Assembly: GCF_000743755.1 (NCBI RefSeq)
Contig: NW_014569504.1
Location: forward strand, 1 to 47,999
Origin: Blastocystis sp. subtype 4
Taxonomy: Eukaryota
DNA length: 47,999 bases
Reading direction: 5' to 3'
How positions within the stretch are numbered: position 1 is the first letter of the stretch; each line of letters opens with the position of its first letter. Both the position numbers and the translations under genes were made by a program. Under the pieces are notes generated by a model, which saw nothing but the letters and a program-made list of their open reading frames with translations, was not told the origin of the DNA and searched no databases. Positions 36,301 through 47,999 of this stretch are shown here, in pieces.

Positions 36301-39300
36301 AATCGTATTGGCATCTTCCTACTCAAAGCACTTCTTCTGTTGGATATTCAAGAACATTCTCCACATATAGCAGAGAGTCTTCGAATGCCTCTACAACAGA
36401 TACCATGGAAAAAAGGAGTTACACAAGAAGGAGTGGAACAGAATGATCATAGTGATACTTTGAAGATGGATGAAGAGAAGTGTATCTTAGAACATTATTT
36501 CATGGATATCCAGAATGTTTGTACTGCCTTCTTTGAGGATAATGATGTACTGATTCGAGTAAGTGAGAAGAAGAGAATTGATATCTAGACTAGTGCCTTT
36601 GAAATGTTTACTGCATTGTATGACTTTTTGCTGAATCCCAATACGAAATGTTGCTACTCCTTACAACAATGGATTGAACAGCTTACATGTCAGGATCCAG
36701 CAGAGATAGATACAACTGATCTCACTACTATTGTATCAGAGATTCGTTCAAGTCATAGTCAAATGGGTCATTTAGGAGTAATCCTCAAGTGGGCAAAGGA
36801 GATGAAAGAGTAGGAAAGATACTAAGGATAATATCAAGACCTTTTCTTGTTTACGCGTATATCCGAGAAGAACTGATTAGCAGTTCACTTGATTCTCCTG
36901 AGAACTATTCTCAATCTCTTTTTGTTGATTCTTCACATAATTATCAAGAAATAGTGATTCAAGAACACTCAACACAATATCGTTTATACTAGAACAGAGA
37001 ATGATACTTAGGGATTGATCAGGAGTATATACAACGATTGAAGCCTCGAGTTGTCTTGTTCTATTTCTATTCATTTCATCCTTATGAACCAATTCGCAAT
37101 CTCTGTAAGATGATTGTCAAAGCTGTCCAAGGAAAGAAATCGAGTATTCTCTGGCCTGATCTCGAGGATAATAACTCTAACCAAATGTATAATAGGGAAT
37201 ATGCCATGCTAACAGATAAGAATGAAGAGTTATTCCAACTAATTAGGACTTCCATTGAATATGGAGATGGGCCTATGATTATATGTGGATGTAGTTGCTT
37301 AGATTCTCTTGTAACTACTCATCTCTCTATTCCTGTTCTGGATTTTGCTATTGAGATTTTTAATAGTTGTATCTTCCGTATGAAATGGATCACGTATGGA
37401 CATTATAATGCTATTGAGCATATGAAAAATACTGTAATGATTGAATAGAGTCTTCATAATAGATAATCACGGTTCTGAATGCTATGCTTACTGTGCTCAA
37501 GAATTCAGAGAATCGTTTCTATACGTCTTATGTTAATGCTATCGATAGCTTTCTTTATGGCTTATTCGACAAAGAAGATGATGCCAATATGAATACTATG
37601 AACTTCATGATGAAACAATTGGATGACATCATTCAGAATCTTCCTAAGATCTCTTTCTCATGTTCCGAGCGTATAACAAAATTCCTTTTCCAGCGAGTAC
37701 GCCAAGTTTCATTGAATAGCCAAACAAATCATCTTTCTGTTGAATTATCCATTCTATCTCACACGCAGAGTGATAGTATAACAAAGACTGAATTAATGAA
37801 GAGAAAATATAGAGAAATAATGGAATGTCAAGCAGTACGGAGTTGGGAGAATGTATGTAGTGTGGTTTCTTCCATGGATCGGTCTAATTATTTGTATCTA
37901 ATGAAGGAAATGATTGGCAATGTGGTTTCTTTGAAGTTGATAATCATAGTAGAGTAATGATGGTGCTGTGACAATGTTGTTACTTCGTCTTCTTGATCTC
38001 TTCCTTCAATCCATTGAGTTGGTTGATTTAAATGAATTACGTCATTCATAGAGTGACATGAACAATTCAGAGTTCAGTTCAATTCTCCATACTCTATATA
38101 GGGCTTGTCAACAGCAACCTGAGGATCAAGAAGATCTGTTCTTTATTTCCTACACTTCTACAAGTCTGATGCGATGTACATTCAATCATGGAATTTTATA
38201 TAGTCATTCATAATAACTCTTCCTGTTGGGAGACTCTTAGTACCACCTTCCTTTCTGTCATAATCATGAATTAACTTAAGTCATAGGAGATCAAGTCAAT
38301 AATGTTTCAGAATAAATCTCTTCGTGTTATATTGTGGCTTTTGGTAGATATATTGAATCGTGAAGAGTATCCTAAGGAATATGAATCTGGATTTATGAGA
38401 GTATTGTATAAGAAAGAGTTATCATGAGATCACGTCCTGGTTGCTCATTTACCAACAATATCTCCTCTCTCTTCATCAGTCTTCTAAATTGGAGCAGAGT
38501 TTAGTCGAATCTGTTCTCTCATCACTCGTTATCACTCCACATTATTTCATATCCAATCATCTTTCTGTCTTCATGGATTGTGTCGTAGTTCTGAGTGGTG
38601 TGTATGATGGAAGAGAGAAGTATTGATTGATCACAATGATAATAACAGTCTCTCCATGCAAACAATTTGTTGTATTCAGTAATAAGAGAAGATGAATTTG
38701 ATTAGTAGAAATATGATGAAGGAATATTGTGAGAATGAGTTTTTGTGGTATATTCATCCTTTGATTTCACAGTATCTTCCAATCATCTCTGAACGAGTAT
38801 TTCCTGGGAAAGAGACAGTTGTAGAGTTTCTTGGAGGTCTGATCGAGAAAAGTATTGAGACGATTGATGCTTCGGAGATTCAAGAATGGATTCTCTGGAT
38901 ATTGAGAGAAACCTACACTTTAGCAGCATCGTATTCGGAGATGTGTGAGCATTGTCTACAACACATCGAAGTGATTGTAAAAGAGAAGCAAGTAGGCATA
39001 GGAATAGTATGGAATGTAGATTGTCACACTAGATGGATTGCTGATAGCTTCAAGAGAATTCTTTGCTAAATATGTTTCGAAGGAAATGAGTGGGTTTTAT
39101 TGTTTGTAATTGATTGTAGTTGTGGAACGGTTTGCTGCATTTACTCGCTGTTTCTTGTTGTTGTTGAATGATGTGAACAAGGATAACGAAACTGAAAGAG
39201 AGCAGCTCCGCGAGAATTGGAATGAAATGAACAGTATGGTTCAGAGCATTAAACCAGACTCTTCACTTCTTCCTATCATTGCAAGTATTATTCAATTGTT

Positions 39301-39305
39301 GAATT
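33333..39305 (+). CDS. ECM29: Large HEAT-repeat protein, probable divergent ECM29 proteasome adaptor (many introns)
   Basis: N-terminus ELEEKLASVFPSFL..KKQALLVIQQIKNRLK..LHLPL, internal LKPRVVLFYFYSFHPYEPIR..IVKAV and RVFPGKETVVEFL resemble Ecm29 blocks, and the size is compatible. The stop is predicted to be made by poly(A) at T39305; the genomic stop is at 39322. Confidence 0.6.
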
Positions 39306-39510
39306 CTTTTGTTTGTTCCTAAGAAAGCAGAATTAGGGCCGATTTTTGGATAACACTTGAATGCTGAAAACAGTTCTTAGTAACTTGTGAGCAAGAATCA
39401 TCTTAATCTGATCTTTGATCCTCTTCAACAACTAATAGAGTGAGAGACTAGCATTTCTAACTGATTATCTAGTTCTACCTCCCACTTAGCGATAAATCTA
39501 TTAGTTTCGA

Positions 39511-42500
39511 ATGATTGAACAACGATTTGGAATTAGTATCGTTAATCAAGAGGGTACTCTTTCCATCCCTTTATCGGTACGAAGCAATCAATTAGTTCAT
39601 TCCCTGAAATGTGTAGCTGCATCAAATTTACAAGTATTTGTATATTAACGGAACTGACAAATAGAACACAGTAGATGAGGAATCAGGGGATTTTGTATTC
39701 ATTTTTAATAACAAGCTACTAAATGATAATGATACCTTGGGCGATGTGGGTATCATAGAGGATTCTGTCATTACGATGGCATTTTTGGTAATTTTGTTCC
39801 TTTTAATTTATCATAGGATGACAATGATACGGTGGATTCCATTCTTGCCCGACTCAAAAGAGAAGAAGAGGAAGATATCACGTATCGAGGTACAGGATCA
39901 TGTGTTTAACTAAACTGTAGGATTGTCTTCGATTATGGCACTTATTGATGAGGGAAAGGTTATTGAAGCATTTCATCAAATTAAGGCCATTCTCTTCACA
40001 CTTGATGATATCCCAAAAGCAGTGGATCGTTTGCGTCTTCGTTTTGCAGGTACCTCTGAGAATGGATATTCATTTGAAGCTATTCCCTATCATCCCAATA
40101 TCTATGTTTGTGTTCATGAGCTCTTTTATATTGCCTTCAAAAGTAATGTGAACCGGAGTATATTCATGGCTTTGTTAACTTGGTACAAAACTATCGTGTC
40201 CAGTATATTCTCGCTATATTTTTGGTAATTCGTAGAGGTGATTCCGAGCCAGATGAAAGCATCAGTCGTATTGATGTTGGAGATTGCAGCTTCTTATACT
40301 AAAGATGCTACTGTTCTCAATGCTGTTACTGTGATTATGTCAAATATTGTGAAGGATCATGGTTAGAGTTAATCACACAATTCATCCATAGTCCCTCAAG
40401 ATGTACTGGAAACTCTTAGTCTGAAGGAGAATCAACAGATTCTGTTTTCCTGTATGAGTCAGAGCAATGATGCAGGGACCCTTACTTCGCTACTTACTAT
40501 CCTGATTGTCATCACTCATGAATGTATGCATGGTTCCATGTGCCTAATTATAGATCCTTCGTATGTTGATACTCTCAACTCAGCTGATGTGTTCAATGCT
40601 ATCATTCACACACTCACCGTTTCGACCTCCAATATCTTAGTCTCTCAAGTCATTGAATTCGCTAAGCTCCTAGTGTTGAATCGTTTGCCTTGTTGATTCT
40701 GTTCAGTTCTAGCTCACTATAGTCATTCACAGGAATGGATTCGGTTTCTTGCGGCATTGCGGCCTGTCGCAGTATCGAAAAATCCTCGATTAATCTGTCG
40801 TATTTGTTCGTTTTTGAATGATATTGTCCAAAATAGTTCTGATTTGAGCCCATCCTAAGAATTAGGTTTTATTCAAAGGGAGTTATTAATTATGGATATT
40901 CTTGACAGTTTCATTTCAACTGCTTGTGAAAACACATATGATGTGCATCTGCTTGATGAAGTAATGAAACTCCTAGGAGCAATGTGTGTTGATAGTAAGT
41001 ATTTGAAGAGAATTGAAGAGTAGATGAACTATGTGTTTATTTGACCAACATTGGGGTCTTTGATTTGATTCAAACTGCTTTGTCCTTACAGGGTTGTGAT
41101 GAAGAACTGTTTCTCGATGCTCTGTCTGTATACGAAGCAATCCTTCATCGATCTTGTATGGAATGAATGGTGATTGATTAATTAGGGATTTGTCGTGAAC
41201 GAGTTCTGAGTGCTTCTACGTTAGATGCATTGTTGACGTTGATTCGATTTCAAGAAGCGAATCGTGGAGTTGTGAAGCGTTTTGTTGGATTCCTATTGGA
41301 TGTTGCTGATTATGGTAAGATGAAAGATGAAGGAATGATGAATAGAAATTGGACAAGAATCATTACTGAGTATTGATGCAATTCAAGTGATCCAAAATCT
41401 TCAAAGGCATCACAAGAATAAGGAGATCATTCAGTTGCTGGATTCAATCCAAACTGTGATTCTTAATGGAAAACCAAAACATGGAGCTCATGAGTTCAAT
41501 TGTATGGTATGAATTGACAAATGATTCATAGTCCCACGAATAATACCAAAATTGGTCAATACCAAGACTGTAGTGATCGTACCTCGAACAAAACGTAATC
41601 AGAATACTCATCCTGTTGTTGAGAAGCGTTTATCTAGTGATTGTGCTGTACGATTTGTTGTGAATCATGAATTGTTAGAGTTCAGGAGAGATTGATTTTT
41701 CGGGATTGAATGCTGCAATGAAGAATACTCAGTCAAGTGGAGATGATATTTACAGTTATCTCTTACGCGAATTAGACGCGTTACCAAGTCCTGAAATAGC
41801 TGGAAGATTACTACGAACAATTGGTATACTACTGAACCCTTGTAGTCATATGAATTGAATGTGAATTAGGCCTATTTGATGAAATCCGAGTGTATTTGGA
41901 TACGAGTTTATTTCCAAGTGTCATTGCAAAAGTGTTACGAGAGAATATGAAGGAAGAAGAAATGGTACTAACTGGAATTCAAGTCATTAGTACAATTGCT
42001 CAGAGTACGTATAGTAATGTATGATAATCAATAGAAGCATCATTAGAGACTTTAGAGAAAGGTGATGTCATTGAATGTCTATTCACAGTACTCACTGTTC
42101 ATGATTTGAATTGTCTAATTATTGGTCATACTATTTACATCCTCTATCTTCTAACAAGAAACAGTACTATTTGAGTTCTTAATTCATCCTAGAGGAGATG
42201 TTACGAAGAATTAGTCGCACGGGTATCCAACGACCTATTGAACGAATTGCTAACATAACACATGATACTGGAATTCGAAGTTATGCCATTAGTACTCTTC
42301 ATGCTCTTGGTGTTGGTAGGATTCAATTTGGAACTCTCATTCAAGGGAACCTTCCTCCAATGACTTGTCCTGAGACTGCATTAGAAGATCAGATCATGAA
42401 GACTCTTCTTGCATCCTTACTGACACTAGAATCAGAACAGAAGATTCTCTATACGTTATCAGTTATCAAACAGAGTTTTACCTGTGAATATGAGCAAATG

Positions 42501-45500
42501 ATAAATGCTTTCATGAACGGAAATGGAGTCCAAATACTCGAAGAAGTGATTCTTCGTTTTTCAAAGAATGTGGAGGTGGTTCAAAGTGTCTTGGGGATTC
42601 TTCATCTCCTTGTTCAGAAGATGCAAATCGTTATTCAACTAGACCAGAACAAATTGATTGGAACATGTATCCAAGTGTTACTTCGTTATGAAAAGGAATA
42701 CAAACTTGTCAAACTCTCGTTACGAATCATCCAATCCTTATGTCTTTATCGTATCGATATTCTTTCAATCTCATTTCTAGAGAGTTCAGCTTCAACTCTT
42801 GTTCATTATCTCGATCTGTTAAAATCCTTATTAACGCAATACCAAAATACCTCGAGTATTTGTGAATCCATTATTCATATTCTTGTCTTACTTTCTCAAA
42901 TTGGTTCTCAATCACGTCTCTCCATTATTCGCAGTAATATTCTTGAGAATATTGATGCAGTGGCTCTCTTTCATGTTGATAGAAAATCCTTGTGCAGTAA
43001 TATTCTCACACTCTTTCTGGAACTATCTGATTCAGCAGTGGGCGCTGATACACTTGTGTCAGTTCATTGCTTTGAAATCTCTGTTAAGATTATTCAGAGA
43101 CTCATTCGTAATGATAGATGTGAGGTTGAGAATGAAATGCTTGTCAAAGCATTTCAAGTGATTCAGAGTGTTGTAGAGAGAGGAACAAATGTAATGAATG
43201 CATTTTTGAATACTTCTGGATATGCTGTGATTGAAGAAGTATGGAAAGCAAACCCTCCTCAATTGGACATTCAACAAGCCTTGTTATCAGCACTACTTAG
43301 CTTATTGCAACATGAGGAAGGTAATGATGCATTGACGAATCTCTCTCTTCCTTCACTTCTTCTAACTGAACCTCTTGTCAATCGTCTTCTCGTAGGATCC
43401 CTGTGGTCTTGTATTCGGTTCTTCGTTCAAAGACATAGCAAACTCATCACTACAACCAATCTCCAACAGATCCTTCAGGGTGCTGCAAGTTATGGTAAGG
43501 CATATCCTCAGGAAGAAGTATTTGTATTTCATCTTAGTTGGACTCTCTTCACAATCTCTTCCTTACGTAAGCATTCCATAAATCATTCAGATTTTAGCCA
43601 TTTTCATTGTGTATGAACCTCTTCGAAGTGATTTAGCTTCAGTTGTAAGGAATCTGAAGCAGAGGTATCATAATAGTGTTGATTTGTGCTTCCAATTTGG
43701 ATATGTCGAGAGTCTCCTTACGAAATCTTGTATGATGGATGAAATCATGCTTATTTCTGGAACGGATAAAGATGTGAGTTTAGTTGCTGAAGTCCAATCT
43801 GTTCTTCAAGAAGACAAATTAGCTCAGGCAGAGTTCAGCAGACTTCTAGACACATTGATAACAAGTTGTGAATTGCCAGAAATGACAAATCTGGTTGTGA
43901 CCTCTAAGTTACCATCAACACTTCTTCAGATGGTACCTCGTTATCTTCTGATTGATGATATCATGACAAAAATCTTACATGTTTTTGTCACGCTCGCAGA
44001 GCAGGATATTTCAAGTAGTGATATGTTCAAACAGTTATGTGAGTATGTTGAGAAACGTTTCTCACAACCTCGTGCTATGACAGTTGAATATCTGCTTGTA
44101 GTAACATCATTGCTAGAACTGATTTGTGATGATCGTATGAAAATGATAGAGATATGATTGATAGGAGATATGTGTGTCTGGTTAGTGAAACGCCCACTAT
44201 TGGTTTCTGTAAGTGAAGCAATGTTGAATCATCCAAATGTGGACTTGTTGAATGCAGGAATGAGTCTGTTTTTAAAACTCATTACTGTCCCTATCACTGA
44301 TCAGATTGGTTCTCTCATTCATCAATTAGTCACGGGAATAACACTTTCTTCTCCATTACTGAAGATTCGTTCGATGCTTCTCCATGAATATCTCCATCAT
44401 GCAACATATTCTACAGTATCTCCTGTTCTGCAGGATGCTGATTCGTATTCTCCTGATCATGATGTACTCACGGAAATTCTCACACAGTATGCTCAAGAAC
44501 AGAGAGTGGAAGCAAAGATTGAAGAATCTTGTTGTCTTTGTGCATTGATGGCGATATGTGAGTGTTATCAAGACGATTTAGCAAGAAGTTCCTTAGTTCA
44601 ATGGTGTACTCAACAAGCAACCACTTACAGTGAGAATGCAATTATCGCTCAGGCTACACTCAAATGTTTATGTCGCTTGTGGAAGAGTAGAAGGTGTTCT
44701 AGTGAATTGAACGATAGACGAACGAACTTGTCAAGTAGTCTCTCTGGAGAGATTACTGTCATTCTTTGCTTTGCCTCAAGAGTTTGATCGATGGGAATTC
44801 ATCAGTGCTTTGATTATAGTAATGGAAGAAGGTAGTAGAAGAATCAGAAGATTACTTCTAGAGAATCGAAATGCAGATCGAGAAATATTGTTTGGAGATA
44901 CAAGTGTGTATCAGTTCCTTGAGGGTATAAAGCATCTTACCATTACAAATGAAAACTGTATAGTGATTCTTCGTTTGCTTGGTTATTATACTTGTAATAA
45001 CTATACTGGTTGATTAATCGTAGACAAAGTTTCCGCTTCTCTCACAGATCCTCTCTGTGAGATGTTCTTTGTTATTGCAGAACGATTCAGTTCTGTCTTG
45101 TCAGTTGCTCGTTATTTGTATTCCTATATTGAAGATGCTAGATTTGCAGAGAATGTGAAGAATGTTGTTGAGCGCTATGCTGGGCGATATCTAGTCCAAG
45201 TATTAGGTAAAGAAGAAGGAGAGATTCTGTTGTTGACTTGTGAGGCAATGAAGTCATATATTTGTGATGATGGTTGAGATTGTGAATTGGATTAACGAGT
45301 AGCTACTGCTGGCTTCGTATGTGACATTTATTTTGAGCAGATAGTGTGTTCTTTGCTTGAGAAAGAAGACAATGAAGACTGCTTGTATTACCTTGGGCTT
45401 GTGATGATCAATCTGTGTCAATATGGTAGAGTAATGGAATGAGTTTGAGTATAGTCAAACCTTGTAAGCAGTTAATGAAGAATTCGAGTTTGATTGACGC

Positions 45501-45693
45501 TGTTGACAAGATTGTGAAGGATGTTCATCACACAGAATCTGTGATCACTGTGTTTACTCATGTTTCCTTGAGTCTACGGCAAGGATGGAAGTATTCTCAT
45601 GAGCTCCAACAACTAGAATCTGATCCTATTCATACTTTTGGTGAAGCACCCAAGCGTCCATCTCCACCATTACCATTTAAAGCAAGACAATAA
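39511..45693 (+). CDS. Very large ARM/HEAT-repeat protein with N-terminal ubiquitin-like domain
   Basis: MIEQRFGISIV...SLKCVAA..|..DFVFIFNNKLLNDNDTLGDVGIIEDSVITM is UBL-like. It is followed by a series of helical, Leu-rich exons with ARM-like patterns. No internal 3'-processing motif was noticed, so a single-gene model is inferred. Confidence 0.6.
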
Positions 45694-45696
45694 ATA

Positions 45697-45712
45697 TGTT
45701 TTCTAACAAACA
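45697..45712. terminator. Back-to-back 3'-processing motifs of convergent genes (TGTTTTCT / AACAAACA)
   Basis: The pair lies in the 23-nt gap between two stop codons, and each motif is 3-4 nt from its own TAA. Confidence 0.75.
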
Positions 45713-45716
45713 ACAA

Positions 45717-47633
45717 TTATATACCACATCTAGCCTTTATATTCTGCAAGTCTTCCATTGTTACTACCGCCGAAGCGTCCGAATATGCCTCTGAATACAT
45801 CTGTTTTTTATCTGGATCAGTTTCCTTTTCCATAAGAGTAATAAGTTCTCTCTGGAAATCATTCATTTGTTTCATAACTAATTCTGATTCCATTTGTGCA
45901 CGTTGCTCCTCTTCTAACTGCTTCTGCATACGACTAATTGCATCATCAGAAAGATTTGTTTGAATATTAGGACACTCCACCTCGTTGCCTGTATCATAAT
46001 CAACAACACGAGCTGATAAAGTTCCTGTTTCATCCATCATTAAGTATATGATGAAGATATTCTTGCCTACTGGACGAGGCTCAATATCATTGATTTTGAT
46101 TGTCTTCAGCTTACGATTACGACTGACATGACGATGTTTGCCTTGATAAATGTCTACATCCACTTGGGTAACAAATGATTCCATGTTGGTACAAACAACA
46201 TAGTTCTTATAAGGAAGAACCTGACCATGTGGAATCACAACATGCATCTTCTTATTTACGTTGATACCAATATCTGAGGGACATGTAATATCCACTTCAA
46301 TTGGACGCATCAGTGGTTGTGGAGAAGGTGAAGCAGATTTAACAGATACAATAGGAGGCAAAACAGGAGGAGGAGGCATATCAGGAAGAGGACAAGTAGG
46401 AGGCATATCAGGAGGAACATCAGCAATAGGAGTAGGAGGAATAGGAGGAGAAACAGCAGGAGTAGCCACATCCTCCAAGTTATTCTCACCTCCTCGACTC
46501 AGGAAATATCCATACTTGGTAGCACCATAAGCAACACACTCATCAGGATTGATAGACTCCTTCAGCTCTTTGTGATAATGCTCCTCCAACATGGAATGAA
46601 CCAAATTGAGACGACTTGATCCTCCTACAAGAATGATATCATCTATGTCCTCTGCTGTCTTGTTACAAGACTTCAGTAGTCCATCACAGATTTCAATAGA
46701 ACGTTGAATCATTGGCTTCAGCAACTTATCCATCTTAGAACGGCTCAAAACATAATCAACATCACCGAATTCGATCTCAGTTTCTAGAAGAACCTTCAAA
46801 GAAATCTTAGCTTCTTCACATTTGAATCGAAGCTTACTGCGTTGATTGGGAGTTAGTTTAGTACCCAACTGTTCTTCAAAGTCTGTGATTATGGAATCCA
46901 TCAACAGGGTATCAAAATCACTTCCTCCAAGGAACAAATCACCATCAAGACCCAATTCTTTGTACTTTGTTCCAGTTACACTCATGATTGTCACATCGAA
47001 AGTACCTCCTCCTAGATCATAGATCATAATGATCTTTTCCTTGTTATCAGAAGATATATCATTCTGATCAGCATAAGCATAAGCAGCAGCAACAGGTTCA
47101 GAAATCACTGCAACAACATCTAAACCAGCAATCTTTCCAGCATCTTTTGTTGCCTGTCTTTGATATTGATTGAAATACGCAGGAACTGTAATTACAACTT
47201 TACGCATATCAAATCCAGCAAATTCAGATGCCAACTTTTGTAACTCTTGAAGAATTGAAGCACCAATTTCTTCAGGATACTTTCGGATTTCCTTATCCTT
47301 TTGTTTCACACACACTTGAGGTTTGTTGTTACCATCGTCAAGGATTTGAAAGGCAGCATACTCCTTCATTTTCTCAACAATGGGATCACTGTAACTCATT
47401 CCAATCAATCGTTTGCAATCATATATCACGCCTACAGGATTACTCTTCATTCTCTGTCTGGCGAGATTACCAACAGCAAAAACAGGTTTTCCATTTGGAG
47501 GATACGCAACATACGACGCAACTGTATGCTTTCCTTGTTTATCAGCTACCAGATCTACTCTCCCATTTCTAACTATGCCAGCAGCTGAATTTGTTGTTCC
47601 TAAATCCACACCAAAGATATCAGCAACATTCAT
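45717..47633 (-). CDS. Atypical intronless Hsp70-family protein with Pro-rich linker insertion
   Basis: Motifs GVDLGTTNS, VITVPAYFN..QRQATKDAG.IAGL, YDLGGGTFDV, LGGSDFD and ILVGGSSR. The SBD-beta is divergent (IYQG) and there is no EEVD or KDEL. Single 1.9-kb ORF. Confidence 0.93.
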   Translation of the reverse strand: MNVADIFGVDLGTTNSAAGIVRNGRVDLVADKQGKHTVASYVAYPPNGKPVFAVGNLARQRMKSNPVGVIYDCKRLIGMSYSDPIVEKMKEYAAFQILDDGNNKPQVCVKQKDKEIRKYPEEIGASILQELQKLASEFAGFDMRKVVITVPAYFNQYQRQATKDAGKIAGLDVVAVISEPVAAAYAYADQNDISSDNKEKIIMIYDLGGGTFDVTIMSVTGTKYKELGLDGDLFLGGSDFDTLLMDSIITDFEEQLGTKLTPNQRSKLRFKCEEAKISLKVLLETEIEFGDVDYVLSRSKMDKLLKPMIQRSIEICDGLLKSCNKTAEDIDDIILVGGSSRLNLVHSMLEEHYHKELKESINPDECVAYGATKYGYFLSRGGENNLEDVATPAVSPPIPPTPIADVPPDMPPTCPLPDMPPPPVLPPIVSVKSASPSPQPLMRPIEVDITCPSDIGINVNKKMHVVIPHGQVLPYKNYVVCTNMESFVTQVDVDIYQGKHRHVSRNRKLKTIKINDIEPRPVGKNIFIIYLMMDETGTLSARVVDYDTGNEVECPNIQTNLSDDAISRMQKQLEEEQRAQMESELVMKQMNDFQRELITLMEKETDPDKKQMYSEAYSDASAVVTMEDLQNIKARCGI

Positions 47634-47999
47634 GTTGATATACTGAGATAAACAAAGCAATTAACTGAATCGTGGGAATCTATAAAACATAAATAGGCTC
47701 TATTTTGAGGATGCAATAACAGATAATATTTGATATTACCAATTGACTAAGTATTTTTGACAACAAGTTCCCGTGGTTCAAAGTTAGATATGAATTCTCT
47801 TAAGAAATAGTTTTATGAGAATAGCTGTTATCTATAGTTAATAATTGAGGATAAGAATCGGATTGAGTAATGTTGAATCGATATCAAAGAAGATGAATGA
47901 AGTAGAGTGGAGAATGAAGTGGAAAGAGTACTTGAAAGAGAGTGTATTGAATGATAATAAGAATTGTATGTTGAATTTGAATGTTGATAAAGGAGAAAT

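Noticed and set aside
33333..45693. Many short ORFs suggesting pseudogenes, frameshifts or an alternative genetic code
   Set aside because: The breaks examined coincide with ~30-nt GT-AG introns, and the standard code translates conserved genes correctly.
46261..46530. Gly-rich plus-strand ORF and GGA repeats
   Set aside because: This is the antisense shadow of the Hsp70 Pro-rich insert, not a separate gene or repeat array.
47660..47999. Possible partial gene at the right edge (purine-rich, open frames on both strands)
   Set aside because: Strand, frame and splice structure could not be determined, and no motif was recognised.
1..47999. Prokaryotic-type systems (CRISPR arrays, operons, IS elements), rRNA/tRNA genes, transposons
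   Set aside because: No repeat-spacer arrays, transposase/RT motifs or structured RNA signatures were seen. The window is intron-rich eukaryotic DNA.

Overview
Eukaryotic genomic DNA, very probably from the gut stramenopile Blastocystis. The evidence is AT-rich, extremely gene-dense sequence, GT-AG introns of almost uniform ~28-32 nt, and a TGTTTGTT-type motif just downstream of nearly every gene. I reconstructed about 21 intron-split genes by hand. They include cytosolic PheRS alpha, mitochondrial-type PheRS, a P4-ATPase flippase, GDT1/TMEM165, NOC4, PABPN1, a large CBM48/GH13-like/GT5 alpha-glucan synthase, Rab18, a TALE homeobox factor, DPH4, a probable ECM29, a UBL-ARM giant and an atypical Hsp70. 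Two observations stand out. (1) An MT-A70 methyltransferase of the ciliate AMT1/MTA1 (DNA 6mA, ApT) type is fused to an H3K4me3-type PHD finger. (2) Several genes appear to have their stop codon created by polyadenylation (T or TA, a 4-nt spacer, then TGTTTGTT), and convergent genes carry back-to-back 3'-processing cassettes. Coordinates span start codon to stop including introns. Splice models and family calls come from motif recognition, not database searches.
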